Below are positions 41,573-56,368 of a DNA stretch of 64,000 nt, one piece after another. The notes under the pieces were generated by a model. The model was not told where the DNA came from and made no database searches. It worked only from the letters and a program-made list of their open reading frames with translations. Position 1 is the stretch's first letter; every line of letters begins with the position of its first letter. Made by a program: the position numbers and the translations under genes. The stretch comes from Octopus vulgaris. Taxonomy: Eukaryota. The stretch is from positions 98,146,001-98,210,000 of the forward strand of contig OX597820.1 in the NCBI GenBank assembly GCA_951406725.2, read 5' to 3'.

Positions 41573-41984
41573 TATCATATACATTTTATATATATGATAT
41601 ATATCTTAAGATGTATATCACAGTTTTAGACCATAAAATCAACAACCAAATATGTACTATATTTACAGTGAGGAAATAATGTTCATATAAAGACGTATTC
41701 GTATAATAGAAAAGTTAATTACAGTATGTTGAGCATAGAAATTACACTATGTATATCAGTTACTTTTGTATGCCTGAGCGTAGAGATTTCAGTTGTTGAG
41801 GTGAGCATTTTCAGTTTTCGTGACTTTTGGCAAGCAGGTATTGTTTCTTTATAGCTTTTTTTCTGTGTCAGCCATATAACGTTATCTGTATTGCCTTTGT
41901 TATTTTTCTGGGCCGGGATTTGTGTAGTGATTATATTTTGATTCTGCGTTTTGAAACAGTAGATACCTCTTTTACGAGACCTAT

Positions 41985-42615
41985 GAATTATGGCCTATAA
42001 TGCTGTTCTCGTTTCAATCTTGCTATATGTCTACGAAACCTGTACTCTATTTCGGCGTGACATCCAAAAATTAGAACGCTTTCACCAGGAAATGAATGAA
42101 GCTTTTCCGTCCTTCAATCTTCAGCATCAAACCGAAACATTATGTGACCAACAACAAAGTCCTGGAAAGAGCCAACAGTCAGAGCATTGAATCGCTGATC
42201 ATGAAACACTGTCACAACCTGTACCAAGAACGAAAGAGTCAAGGTTCCCATGCCTAGTTTTATTCAGCGAGCATACATCAGGGAAAAGACCACGAGGCTG
42301 CCTTCTTCGAAGATACAATGACCGACTCAAAGTAACACTTATTTCTTTACTACCCACAAGGGGCTAAACACAGAGGAGACAAACAAGGACAGACAGACGG
42401 ATTAAGTCGATATCGACCCCAGTCCGTAACTGGTACTTAATTTATCGACTCCGAAAGGATGAAAGGCAAAGTCGTCTCGGCGGAATTTGAACTCAGAACG
42501 TAACGGCAGACGAAATACGACCACGCATTTCGCCCGGCGTGCTAACGTTTCTGCCAACACTGAAAGCGACTGGACTTGTATCTAAACCGTTTGAAACAAA
42601 AGCCCGTGACCGTAC
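41985..42615 (+). pseudogene. RTE-clade LINE C-terminal fragment interrupted by a family B SINE (42337-42555)
   Basis: YNAVLVSILLYVYETCTLFRRDIQKLERFHQ, VTNNKVLERA, SGKRPRG...RYNDRLKVTL; AACACT repeated on both sides of the SINE. Confidence 0.85.
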
Positions 42616-42865
42616 CTACTACTTATTCGCCCTCTATGTTTGTCTGTCCTTGTTTGTCCCATCTATGGTCGGCTTCCATAGCCAATTTATGAAATAAAGA
42701 AGCTTCCTTCCCAACATTATGGTTCCTGTTCAGTCCCACTGTGTGTCACTTGTGACCATTATAGCTTTCTACTATAAGCTCAGACCTACTGAAACCTTAT
42801 AAGTGGAAGTGCTAAAGGGAAACTAAAAGAAACCCTCATATATATATATACATATATATACATAC

Positions 42866-42933
<68 letters not shown>

Positions 42934-43394
42934 ATGTATGTGTGTGTGTTTTTGTGCCTGCGTTTCTCTCCATCACTTAACAACCGGTATTGGCGTGTTT
43001 ACGTCCCCGTAACTTATCAGTTCGGTAAAAGAATCGATAGAATAAGTACCAGGCTTAAATAAATATTAAAAACGTAATTACGTAATGGGGGTCGATTCAT
43101 TTGACTAAAAGTTTTCACTGCGGTGCTCCAGCATGGCCGCTGTCAAATGAGAGAAACAAGCAAATGAGAGTTAAAATATAGATTGATTTGCAAGCATGAC
43201 GTTGTCAAATGAATGCTGAGGTGACATAAATAACAACTTGTTAAAACAAGCCACGTACAGTGTTTGCGGGGTGAAACAACCCCGCCAGTTCATTTAATAA
43301 ACGTGAAAAACCATTAAAGATGATTTAAAGTTGCTCTCGAAGAAAATTAGCGTTGACATCTCGGCAAATACAACGACAACAACAGCAACTCCTG

Positions 43395-43467
<73 letters not shown>

Positions 43468-43616
43468 ATTATCAGTATTTAATGACACACACACACATAT
43501 ACAAATACATATATGCATATAATGCATATATGTATATACATGTATATATGTATATTTATATATATATACATATATATATATATGTATGTATATTTATATA
43601 TATATACATACATATG

Positions 43617-43647
<31 letters not shown>

Positions 43648-43655
43648 GTATATAT

Positions 43656-43703
<48 letters not shown>

Positions 43704-43774
43704 CATATATATATATACATATATATATATATACATACATATATATATATATATATACATACATACATATATAT

Positions 43775-43818
<44 letters not shown>

Positions 43819-44399
43819 GTATGTATGTATGTATGTATGTATGTATTATATATTATATATAAGAACACCAGCAACATAAATTAGAGCTTTAAGGGTTTAA
43901 CAACTAACAAATAGCAGCACCAGCGACAGCAATATCAACAACAATTATAACAACCACAATAACAACAACAACAGCAACAACTAAAAGCGTGAACGAAAAT
44001 TATATTTGAAGAGAAAGTACCAATATGAATACGTAGAAAGATATAAACGACAGCAATACAAACGGATAACAGGAGAAAGTATCAGTGGAATTGACAGCCA
44101 CAGCTGCACTGGGAACAGCTATACAAGTAATGACGACAAACACTGCAATATTTGCTGATACTACTGCAGTAACATCATGCACCAGCCCTGCAGTAGCAAA
44201 GTTTTTATTTCATGGCATATTTCAGGAAAGAAAGGGCAATTAGTGTCCTTGACTTATGCAGTGTAATTATTGAACAGAACTGTGATCAATGGCGTTCCCA
44301 GTTGTTTCAGCCATGAACATCGGTCGCGTTTGTTACTCGTTAGATATTGAGGAGCACATTGTCCAACTGGTTACTCACTTTCCTTTCAAGAATGTCCTG

Positions 44400-45280
44400 C
44401 TGATTCCAAACCCAGTAAGTCCATAAGGTCAACTGCAAAAGATGCACATGTGTCAGGAGTAACAGTCAGAAATGTTGTCCACGAAGACATAAGATATGTC
44501 TTATATAATGAGGAAAGGTCAATTCGTCAGTAAAAGCAAAACAAAAAACCCTACATCAGATCTAAATGATTCTTAAACAAACTGAAAAATCCAACAGAAG
44601 ATTTGATTTGGTTTTTCGCAAACGAAAAAAAAATTTGACCAAGATCAAAAAGTTAGCAAAAGAAATGACAAATGGTTATGTGCAAACACTTCTGAAGTTC
44701 CAAGTTTTATACATACAAAATTTCCTGCAACTGCCATGAATTTAAGGGTCGTCAGCAATGAACGACATGTGACGACTCCTTATTTCTTTCCACAAGGCCT
44801 TAGAGTTAACTCTACATTGAGGTCCTGGAAATAATTGTTAAGCCCTGGATAGACAGTGTATGCAATGTGTTTTAATGAGATTCTGCATTATCACACATGG
44901 CTTAAGTAACACAGGAAGGGATAGCTGAAAATTTTCATGATCACGTAACTCCTAACATTTGGCGTCCTAATTCCCCAGATCTCAATCCATTGGACTATTA
45001 CATGTAGAGCATTGTTGAGATAGAGGTCAATGAACACACCCATAATACCAAATATTCTTTGAGAGCCTCCGTAGTCAGAGCAATGTCAAGAACGAACCAG
45101 GAGCACTTGATTCAAACATGTAGATGATTTAGAGAGAAGTTATTGCTGCTGAAGGTGGCTTTCGTGAATAACATTATAGAAAAGAAGGTTTATTTTTATC
45201 TTGATAGCATTTTTTGATAACTGTTATTATATATCTACTTTTTTAAAAGCATAAATCTATCCTCAAATATCTTACGCACC

Positions 45281-45285
<5 letters not shown>
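44400..45285 (+). mobile_element. Decayed maT/Tc1-like transposase and right TIR
   Basis: FDQDQKVSKRNDKWLC...HTKFPATAM...PYFFPQGLRVN...WRPNSPDLNPLDYY; ends TACGCACCCTG followed by TA. Confidence 0.85.
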
Positions 45286-45353
<68 letters not shown>

Positions 45354-45784
45354 TGTATGTATGTATGTATGTATGTATGTATGTGTGTGTGTATACCAAC
45401 ACACAGTCACACATGTATTCATACATATACTTCTTTTATTTGATTCTATGCTCACTACTGACTGACACAATCAGTAATATTCTGGGGTTTTCTTACGTTA
45501 GCCCTAAAGTTATAACTCCAATTTAACGCTCAGTGTGTGCGTGTGCGTTCGCATATGTGTGTGTGTGGGTTTGTATGTGTGCGCGTGTGCATATATGCGT
45601 GAGCGCTCACGCCTTTTGGCTTGTATTCTGGCCCAAAACCCGTTTTTAAGAACATCCTCTAATGATTTAAATTCAGCGTAAATGTGTATATTTGTGATAT
45701 GTATGTATGTTGTATGTATGTATGTATGTATGTATGTTTGTATGTAAGTATGCATGTATGTATGTATATATATACATATATGTG

Positions 45785-45831
<47 letters not shown>

Positions 45832-47584
45832 AAGGGGGAGCGAAAGAGAGAGAGAATATATAGATATCTATTATAATTATTATTGCAGGGTTGCAGGGAC
45901 GCAGAAAAATAATTGTAAATTATGAGTTTCATTCATAATGAATTTGCAAATCTATCAGCGATTTAATTGAGTCATTAACCTCTAGATGCCATAGTGTCAA
46001 GATGTATCATATCGGTTTCACATCGTCAACCAGAAGTGATTAAATTATAATCGGAACTGGAAGTGCTCAATGTTTGCGGCACATTCAGGAAACGGACTAT
46101 TACATTTTTGAAGCTAATCAAAAAATATGGGCTTGATTAAGTGAACCAGTAAAACGTCTGTAAACTTTCTTTGCTTGTTTCTTTCTTTCTTTCTTTTTTC
46201 TTTCTTTCTTTTTCAAGATGTTGGAGCGTCTCTGTGTTTACTGTACATGCTAAAAATAATGAACAAATCTCATCAATGGAGAAAGATTCATTGGATAATG
46301 TAATGAATGCTACATACACATGAAAAAAAAAATTACAGAAGCAAGGATGATCACGGTCAGAACGGCTTTTCCTATAGATTTACTGGATTCGGGTCGACCT
46401 GGGACTATATATTTTAGTAATGCATTTTTTTTAATCCTGTAATATTTATTTTTAATATGTCTCTTAACATAATCGGAAATTATATTTTCCGGAGACTGAT
46501 ATTAACATTCATTTTGGCGACACTGTTTCTTTTTCTTTCAATACTTCTTAAGTTTATTTCCTTCATTAATTGATATTGAATTAATAATATTAATAAAACG
46601 GAATCATCATGCAGTACGAGAAATTACTTCCTTCCTCATGTTTTTAAAAACTATACTCATTTACAAAATTTAATGTACTATACTGTGTGGGCAGATATTC
46701 ATTTTTGAATGCATGTGTTATTGGAGATTTTTAAAATAACAGTCAGAGAATGTCAATAAGCTTAAATGCCAAGAGGATAGAAGAAATATAATGTTTCGGT
46801 GTAAAGTCATTTGTCGGAATAATGAACAACATTATTACTCCGTCAAAGGATCGACAACTGCAAGACATTTGGGTTGATGTACTATTATAACCGACACCGA
46901 GCCCCGCCTGTTTGCTCTCACTTTCCAGATTCTGCACTTTCGTATATAAATTTTATAATAAGACGGAAATATTGAGTATTAAATATGAATGATTATCTCT
47001 ACCATTCCGATTGCAGTTCTGATCATACGATTTTTCTCAGAACAGAGAAAGGTTTTCTATTTTTTATCATAATCATTTGCTTCTTTTTTTTCGCTTTTTC
47101 CTTTCTTTCTCTTTATTTGCATTCTTTTAAACTTTCTTTTTCTCAGAACCTATGCAGTAAGTTTGTTGGCAAGCTAAGTTCACATTGAACGTAAGTAACT
47201 CTGTTATTCTTGCTTTGATTTTCGAAAAAAATATTCACTTACCCTCGTGCTGTTGATTACTGGATACGCCTGTTATAGAATTATTCATCATATGATAAAG
47301 GATTTCGTGTGATACGAGGGAGAGATGATTACTACTTCAAACTGAATGACCAATCACATAGATGCTACCTATGTTGTAGCTTGATCTGTTAGTTATATAA
47401 GCCTTATTTCCCACAAGTCGTCTCAAGAAAAACAGAAGATATTGCATAATATGCCCAGCTTACAAGAAGCGTGATGGAGGCCTAAAAAAACGTATTAGCA
47501 CATAGTTCTGCAAGAACAGCTCTTATGTAAGACTAAACAACAGAAACAACTACAACAACCATATTATAATTCGCATCGACGGGC

Positions 47585-47870
47585 TCTGTTACCGGATGAT
47601 AATTACACGATAAAAGATTATGAAATGGTGTATAATTTCCAATTTCCTAGGAGACTTCTTTTTTTGCTTAGAAAATTACTTTGGTCGTCGTTTAGAATTA
47701 AATAGGATTACTTTAATTTGAATTAGATTATTAAAGCTTTAATGAATTTTACACATGACATTTAAAATACTTAATAGGCTGTCAACCAAAATAATCTTGT
47801 CACAAAATATGACAATAAATATAGTTGCAACTTAGACACAAAAGCTCTGCGAGCCAAATGTTGGAAACTG
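47585..47870 (+). repeat. Diverged AT-rich repeat, second copy at 53595-53880
   Basis: Shared GATAATTACACGAT, TTACTTTG(G/A)TCGTCGTTTA, AATTAAATAGGATTA and TAATAGGCTGTCAAC in the same order. Confidence 0.8.
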
Positions 47871-48851
47871 ATATATATATATATTATATATATATATATA
47901 TATTATATTAAATTAGAGATAAAACCACTATTAGGCAAATCAAACAGTGAAAATCATAAGCCAATACATAGAAATAAAATTAATTAAAAAATATAAAATA
48001 TAAAATATAAAAATCCAATTAAAATATTCAAATTAAAGTTAACATTTTAAAAATTATTCAAATTAATAATTTAAACTTATAAATTATAAATATATATATA
48101 TATTTATTATTATTTAATTATTCCTTTTTTTATTTAAATTATTATTATTTTTTTAAATATTTTTATATTTTTTATATTTTTATATTTATTTATTTATTTA
48201 TTTTTTTATAAACTATCAAAAAGTATTAAAAGTTTAATAAGATAAAAAGTATATATATATATATATATTAAAAAATAAATATACACGTATATGCAGACAT
48301 ATATAGTTGATAGACGCACATAAGACGCGTCAGTAAAGTTTTAGTCTGATTAAACAAGATATTGAATCACTGAGAATGCACAATAACTGAGCAATTTGTC
48401 TGGGATATGGCTTTATGTATATGTGAATTTAACTGAAAAATTGAGCCACAAAATTACTGTGTGAAGAAAATATGAGATATTTACCCCTAGTTACATGGCG
48501 GAACATCTTGTTGATCCTGTGGCAACTCACCCCACGAATCACTTTTAATTTAAAGGTAGTTACTCGCATGGTCACTGAACATATAGGGGAGGTTGGTATC
48601 ACAAGTAACTGGTATATAAATCGGCAAGGAATGGCCAAGCGATAAAAGCAGTTACGTTGTTTATCACTGAGAAAATAATAAGCTTCTTAGAAAAGTAGTG
48701 AAAAATACGTTCGGAGTGGTCTCGTGGTGGAACATAATTTAGGATGCTTAAACACATTCCATTATGCACACAAATCTAGCAGGAAAATGTTACTTTAACT
48801 TAGCGAGATATTTAATTAATTAGAATGTACAAAGACTCCACAGATAGTCGG

Positions 48852-49046
48852 AATCTATTCCATTTGACGGCCAGATTTTTTAATATTTTTTTAACACTTT
48901 AAAACCTCGGATACTGACAAAATTTTGTCAAAACCGTTAAGAGTAAATCCTGTTCTGTGTGGCATATTCTACCAATATCCAAAGTTTGAAAGTGTTTATT
49001 AAAACAATTATAATTAAAAAATCTGTCCGTCAAATGGAATAGATCT
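48852..49046. mobile_element. MITE with about 32-bp TIRs and 8-9-bp TSD
   Basis: ATCTATTCCATTTGACGGCCAGATTTTTTAAT versus ATTAAAAAATCTGTCCGTCAAATGGAATAGAT; GATAGTCGG at 48843-48851 and 49047-49055. Confidence 0.9.
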
Positions 49047-49168
49047 GATAGTCGGTGGTATTAGTGTGCATATAGTTAAGTTAAGTTAAGTTAAGTTAAA
49101 CCCATTGGAAAGGTCGCAGAAAAAGCAGAAAAAGATGGCTCTTCTCAAATATAACAATATTAGTCTCA

Positions 49169-49222
<54 letters not shown>

Positions 49223-49410
49223 CACACACACATTGTTAGATAAATAAATAGAAAGATTCACAGCTATAGATATACACACATTCATACATATGTATTCATG
49301 TAAATGTAGATATACATTTACATGAATACATATGTATGAATGTGTGTATATGTATGTATATGTGTGTATGCACATATATGTATGCATATATATGTATATA
49401 TATATATATG

Positions 49411-49535
<125 letters not shown>

Positions 49536-49550
49536 ATGCACATATATGTA

Positions 49551-49601
<51 letters not shown>

Positions 49602-49710
49602 TTAATGTAGGATAAAATATTTTTCGAAAAAAATTTTGTTAATGGCCAGCATATTAAAAAATACCTTTAAAGGTTAAAATTATAAATAACTTATAAATAA
49701 GGCCACATTT

Positions 49711-49761
49711 ATCACCGACGAAAGGAGGGTTCTTACGAACTAACCCTGAAATCGGTCCGAT
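49711..49761 (+). ncRNA. Decayed type I hammerhead motif
   Basis: ATCA-CCGACGA-AAGG-AGGGTT...AACCCT-GAAA-TCG-GTC-CGAT, in a block bounded by (TA)n. Confidence 0.5.
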
Positions 49762-49912
49762 ATGGTAATGATGGAATTTTTTTAGATATTTCTGTCGGTT
49801 TTTTTTTTCGAGTAGCGTGCGTATTGTGATAAATTATATGGTAATGGACAATATGTCCAATTTTTCGGCATATTTGGCATTAGAATTTTTTTCGTTTGCC
49901 CTTATTTATAAG

Positions 49913-49970
<58 letters not shown>

Positions 49971-50140
49971 GTGTGTGAGTGCACGCGCCAAATGTGTGTA
50001 TGGAAATATAAATACGTTCATTTCTATACCTATGTCCAGCTATCTAACTATATGTGTGTGCATGTTTGTGCCTCTGTGTGTGCGTGCACGTGCATGTGTG
50101 TGTATGTGCGTGTGTGTGCGTGTGTGTTGTGCGTGTGTGC

Positions 50141-50186
<46 letters not shown>

Positions 50187-50189
50187 GAA

Positions 50190-50745
50190 CCAATATTGTT
50201 ATATCTTAGAAAGATCATCTATTTCTGAGATCTTTCCAACTAGCTTAAATTTTCAGATGATTTTGGTTTTTCCGGCTGATTTTTCAAAGAGTTTTTCTAT
50301 TTGATAGTTATATTGTATGGCAATTTGTTTTATTCGTTTTCATGTATGTTTGTATATTTTGCTTCCTTTCATTGTTGCCAATATAAAAACAGCTGCTTGC
50401 ATATATTGTTGGATTAAGTTTGTTTTAGTTTCATTATATACTTATCATTGTATTAGTCAGTGTGGTGCTGGGTTGTAGTTAAGAGACGCTGTATTCTATT
50501 TCTTTTTTTATTATTCTTTAAGTGTGTATGTGTGTGAGGTGCGATTATATGCTCCCTGTAATCTGTTTTAGTTTTAGGTTTTTCCAAAATTTATATTTAT
50601 CCAGAGTGTTTTTGTATAACATGTTGATAGAGTATAAATGATTGTTTCTCTTTATTGTATTGTAGCTATTCTTCAAATATTTCGGCGGTATTGCTGGCCA
50701 TTTCTCTTGTATAGGCTTATTGTGATTTCTTAATTCTGCATATCA
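50190..50745 (-). pseudogene. Possible Penelope-like GIY-YIG endonuclease relic
   Basis: Very A-rich minus strand with ICKQLFYIGNNERK resembling C..YIGxTxR; heavily decayed. Confidence 0.35.
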
Positions 50746-50759
50746 TGTATGTATGTATC

Positions 50760-50829
<70 letters not shown>

Positions 50830-50879
50830 TATGTTGCTCCAAGCCATGTCTAACTTAATAGCACCACCTGATAGGATTA

Positions 50880-51322
50880 TCTAAATCCTGTTTAAGTCAA
50901 GTTTTGTTTATGGTCCATTCATGTAGTAAGTTCTTGTTAACTGAGTTTTATCCAGGTTTGGGTGGCTTATCCGGTATTCCTTGAAGAAATCTGTCCAGAC
51001 TCTGTTTAAAGGTGTTGGGATCCTTTTCCACTTTGATCTCTTTCGGGGTAAAGTTAAACGGCAGGCCTGTTGAGGAAAAGAAATTATGTCGCAGTGTACC
51101 TATATGCTGTGATCCTGAATTGGGCAGGGGATCTATGGCCCATGGTCCTAGCCTTGGATGAACCTTGAAACTAATGTTCAGGACATTTGGGCAATGCCGA
51201 CGGTATATTCTCCATATTCTACGTATGATATACTGCTCGCGGCGGCGCTGGAGAGTGTAGAGTTTCAAGGCTTTAAAGCGGTCCCAATAATCGAGATCAG
51301 TCATGCCTTCAATTCGTTTAGT
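50880..51322 (-). pseudogene. CR1-clade LINE 3' end
   Basis: TKRIEGMTDLDYWDRFKALKLYTLQRRRE...FNFTPKEIK...FKQSLDRFLQGIPDKP. Confidence 0.88.
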
Positions 51323-51393
51323 ATATATATATATATATATATATATATTTGGTACCAACCCACAGATAAGCTACAAAAGAAATGTGCCAGACG

Positions 51394-51437
51394 TCCTTGA
51401 CGTTTTGAGTTTTGAGCCTACACTCTTCTGCAGAAAC
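51394..51437 (-). ncRNA. Decayed minimal hammerhead (related to 18629 and 57013)
   Basis: Minus strand TT-CTGCAGA-A-GAGT-GTAG-GCTC-AAAA(CTCAAAA)-C-GTC-AAGG. Confidence 0.45.
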
Positions 51438-51749
51438 GAACGAGGACAGAAAACAGATAGAGGAAGAAAAAGTGCTGAGAAGAAAATCGTATCTGGATTA
51501 ACGGTTGCAGAACGAAATAGCTCACTTCTCGGTCCGTCCACACATAGAAACACTTACACACTCATATATCATGAGTACGACAATAATTCTACCTCATCTC
51601 CAACAGAATGGATAATTAGACTAATGTGACCAACAAATTTGTCAGTGCATAACTTTACGCGTCTATGATGATAGGTTTAAATGAGAATTCATAGTAGGGT
51701 ATGTGAGCTGTAAGTTCCGCATTAATTCGCCATAGTGGCATGCATATAT

Positions 51750-52170
51750 GTACTCTTTTTTACTCTTTTACTCTTTTACTTGTTTCAGTCATTTGACTGC
51801 GGCCATGCTGGAGCACCACCTTTAGTCAAACAACTCGACCCCGGGACTTATTCTTTGTAAGCCCAGTACTTATTCTATCGGTCTCTTTTGCCGAACCGCT
51901 AAGTGACGGGGACGTAAACACACCAGCATCGGTTGTCAAGCAATGCTAGGGGGACAAACACAGACACACAAACACACACACATACACACATATATATATA
52001 TACATATATACGACGGGCTTCTTTCAGTTTCCGTCTACCAAATCCGCTCACAAGGCCTTGGTCGGCCCGAGGCTATAGTAGAAGACACTTGTCCAAGGTG
52101 CCACGCAGTGGGACTGAACCCGGAACCATGTGGTTGGTAAACAAGCTACTTTCCACACAGCCACTCCTAT
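51750..52170 (-). mobile_element. Full-length family A SINE
   Basis: tRNA-like head, internal (TA)/(TG) tract, conserved body and (GTAAAAGA)n tail. Other copies at 42690-43170 (+), 52870-53250 (+), 60435-60830 (-) and 63708-64000 (-). Confidence 0.92.
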
Positions 52171-52869
52171 GTAAATTTTTATGTTATGCATATATTGTTG
52201 TGAATATTCTACAATGAAGTTAAAAAATCTTCGATTTGTTATTAATATTAATATTGTTATTAATATTAATATAATATACCTGCTAACTACCCAAAGAACT
52301 GCGTATTTCCTTATCGAGCACTTTTCACGCTTTTGATGCTCCATGCATTTTGCTGCAACCGAGTTGCTGCACCTATAGGCGGGTCACTTCAGCTGATACA
52401 TGTGATCTGTCACCATCACCCTGATATCGAACAACCTATTTCTTCGCCACATGGTAGGTATAACATAAACCCGGAATCCACCGAACCGGACGGCTACATT
52501 TCTGGCTTTTTTGTTATCGTTCGAATGGATGAAAGACAAACCTATCAAAATGAACGAGTTACTCACCCAGAGTGAGGGGGGATGCCAGAAGACTGAACAA
52601 ACCACACAAGGCGTTATAGCCAACGCTCTTCCGACCCTACAAGCTCTCAACCTTAATAGTATGTACGAATATTAACTGATATTAATATTTCTCCGTCCTT
52701 ACGTTTTCACTTCAAATTCTGCCGAGGTCAACGTTTCCTTTCATACCTTTCGGGGTTGATAAAATATGTACCAATTGTGTAGTAGTGACGATGTAATCGA
52801 CTAACTCCATACCCCTAAAGTGCTGGCCTTGTGTCATAATTTGAAACAAATATTCGTAGTTTAGGCGTA

Positions 52870-52996
52870 CGAACCACATGGTTCCGGGTTCAGTCCCACT
52901 GCGTGGCATCTTGGGCAAGTGTCTTCTACTATAGCCTTGGGCCGACCAAAGCCTTGTGAGTGGATTTGGTAGACGGAAACTGAAAGAAGCCCGTCG

Positions 52997-53041
<45 letters not shown>

Positions 53042-53250
53042 TTGTGAGTCTGTAATTGTCTCCATAACATTACTTGACAACCGACGCTGGTGTGTTTACA
53101 TCCCCGTAACTTAGCAGTTCGGCAAAAATGACCGATAGAATAAGTACTAGGTATACAAAGAATAAGTCCTGGGGTCGATTTCCTCGACTAAACACGGTGT
53201 TCCAGCATGGCCACAGTCAAATGACTGAAACAAGTAAAAGAGTTAAGAGA
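52870..53250 (+). mobile_element. Family A SINE
   Basis: Collinear with the reverse complement of 51750-52170. Confidence 0.9.
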
Positions 53251-53929
53251 GTTCTGCCTGTATAGCATTGTATGTATATTACACATTATACATGTATGGA
53301 AAGGAATGCATATATTGTTTTAAAGCCGAAGAGTATGCTTTTGCATGGACTGCAAGATACAGCAGCTAAATATCCCTTACATCTCATCTAACGTCCGTAA
53401 GAGATGAACACAAGAAGTAATGTAATCCTATATATACTGTGTTGTATATATACATAAAAGATGAGACTGTAATAGTTGTTGTATTTGATCATAAGATCTA
53501 GTATAACACTGCTGACCTTTGGCTAAAAAAATAACAAAACAGTAAGAACAACAACAAATACTACTACTACTACTACTACTTCTCAAGCCCAATGCTTCTT
53601 TTACCGTGAGGTGATAATTACACGATTGGAGATTAAATAAATGGTATATAGTTTCTAATTTCCTACGAGATATTTTTTTTTTCATGCTTAGGAAATTTAC
53701 TTTGATCGTCGTTTACAATTAAATAGGATTAATTTAATTTTAATTCAATTATCTAAGCCTTAATGAATTTCACACATGTCTTTAAATATTTAATAGGCTG
53801 TCAACTAAAACTCCCTTGTCATTCAAATACAATTCGAGCTATCGAGCCAAACCTCTGGGAGCCGAATGTTTATAATCTGTTTGGTATAAAAGATTGAAAA
53901 TGGATCTACATACACCCCGTATATATACA

Positions 53930-54555
53930 TACCCACAGTCCTCCACACTGAATTCTCACTCCATCCGTATACATACATACATACATGCATGCAACACACA
54001 TACTATATTTTTACGACTCTATCTTTCCTGCATCTCTACTTCCTCTCACATCTCACACTTAATTGCAAACTGTCTCCCTTCCTTCCCCTGTTCTCTCTCT
54101 CTCTCTGCCGCTCTCTCTCTCATCCTCCTCCCGTCAATTTTCCACCCACACGTGACCCGTGACTGATTTTCTGTTCTGTGCCTTTTCGCTACCGGACGCC
54201 TAGCGTGCTGGTAAACTTTTTCTCTTCTCTTACTATTTTTTTATATCCATTTGAGGATTTCGTCCCGACGTTAACCATCACTCTCACGTTTGGCCGAAAG
54301 GCTTTATTTATTGTCTTAGTCTATCGTACGTACCCCATCTGTATTGCTTTGTTTACTCTAGCCCTAATTCTACGCAAATCTTGCGTGTGCCGCCGATATA
54401 CGACGTTCCTAGTTTTAGCATTAAAGGTACGAAACTGGGTAATAGTATTTTGGGTCGATAACTGAAGAAGGATTAGGGTCCTTGCGTCTGTCTTACGTGT
54501 ACGTTTTGTAGTATTTAATGCAGTTTTCATTTATGGAATAACTGACCGCCTCATA
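53930..54555 (+). mobile_element. T/C-rich element ending at (TA)n with permuted core (54430-54471)
   Basis: C-GAAA-N19-GTC-GATAA-CTGAAGA-AGG about 85 bp before the TA tract. Confidence 0.5.
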
Positions 54556-54684
54556 TATATATATACACAACATATATATACAACACACACACACACACAC
54601 ATAAATCGTTATGGTGATACAAACAGTGATTCATAGTCCTAGATAAGCACCAGCTCACGAAACACCCTGGACATTAAGTTACTC

Positions 54685-55022
54685 TTTTGCATGTTTTTAC
54701 CCCTCTGCGAGGTAATTTTATTTTAATTCTCTCGCAGGAAGGACTACTTTGGCGAGTCGTGTTCTGTCTTGCCTTCGAAACACGCTGGAGTCGAACTAGT
54801 GACAGCTGATGAAGGGGATTTTTCCTTGTGTAGTATGTCCTGTACTCTGTTTTTCTGTTGTAAAAAAATGTTTTTTCCGTTTTCGTTTCTCGTTGAGTTC
54901 TACGTCTAGTTGTGGTGTCCTGTACTCACGTATATATATTTATATATGCATGTATATATACATGTAGATGTAGGTACGTACATATATGTTTGTATGTATG
55001 CATATATTTTATTTATTACACT
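54685..55022 (+). mobile_element. T-rich element with permuted core (54772-54817)
   Basis: Sister of 22378-22740; CCTTC-GAAA-N25-CTGATGA-AGGGG. Confidence 0.8.
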
Positions 55023-55109
55023 ATATATATATATACATACATACAGCCTTAGAATCCATTAATCTCTCTCTTTCACTCCCTCTCTCTGTATATCTATCTA
55101 TCTATATAC

Positions 55110-55151
<42 letters not shown>

Positions 55152-56166
55152 CCAAATGATAAGAAGCAAACAACGAAAATTCTTTAACAGATCTTTAACG
55201 ATTCGTTACAATTGTTTCTGTATCAACTCTGTTTGCAACAACAGTTTAGTCAAAATTTCGAAGTGAAAATTTATATAATGTTTGCGATTTTAGACATTAG
55301 AGAGGCACTTTATCAGACTTGCATGAAAGGTGTGCTGTCACATTGTGCGTCTTCCAGACCATGTTTTTCTGGGTCTTATATCGGGAGGAAACAAAGAAAA
55401 AAGTAAGTGTGGATATAGGATAAGTAAGAGGAGGTGGAGATTATGTAACAGGGGGAATCAAGTTGAAGGATATGCAGAAAAGGAACATACTACTATTCAT
55501 ACAATACATATAACTCCATTTCAGACGATTTTATAAAAGTTTATCAATCGATATAGCACACAGATTAGGGGGCAACCTACAGTGGCATTCAGGAAGGCTG
55601 GTAAATAAAAGTACTGCGACGGCTTTCTATTGCTGGATACCATTGCTGGAAGTATAACATTTATGTAGGTGATGCGACAAAAGAGGGAATGAGAAATCCA
55701 CAAACTTGATGTGACGTTTTCTAACTGCCAGCATGAGGGAGCCGTTTGCATACTCTTTTGATGAGCTCAGTTTTAGATTCCCCGCCCCATATCTCCGGTG
55801 TGAAACTGATTCATAAAAACCAGCTAAAGTGAATGTGTGTGTGTGCGTGTGTCTGTATGTATATACATATATATGTGTGTGTGTACGTATGTGTATGTGT
55901 GTGTGTATGTATCTATATATGTACAATCAATGGTCCTTCTCTAGTCATAGAAGCATAAGGCTGGTCTCCGGTTTCTGTGATACACATACACACCACTCGA
56001 CGTGACGCCAGTCTGTCGGAGGATTACTCATGTTCACCAGGTAAGTAAACTTGAGCAAGGTGAAATGAAGTATTTTGCTCAAGACCACAACGCATCGTCC
56101 TGCTTCAGAATCGAAGTTACGATCTTACGATCAGTGGTGCAATCTCCTTACCACCAGGTCACGCGT

Positions 56167-56206
<40 letters not shown>

Positions 56207-56259
56207 AAAAACTTACTTGGAGAATTAAGAAAGTGACGCCAGGCGTTCAATCATATAAT

Positions 56260-56306
<47 letters not shown>

Positions 56307-56307
56307 A

Positions 56308-56368
<61 letters not shown>

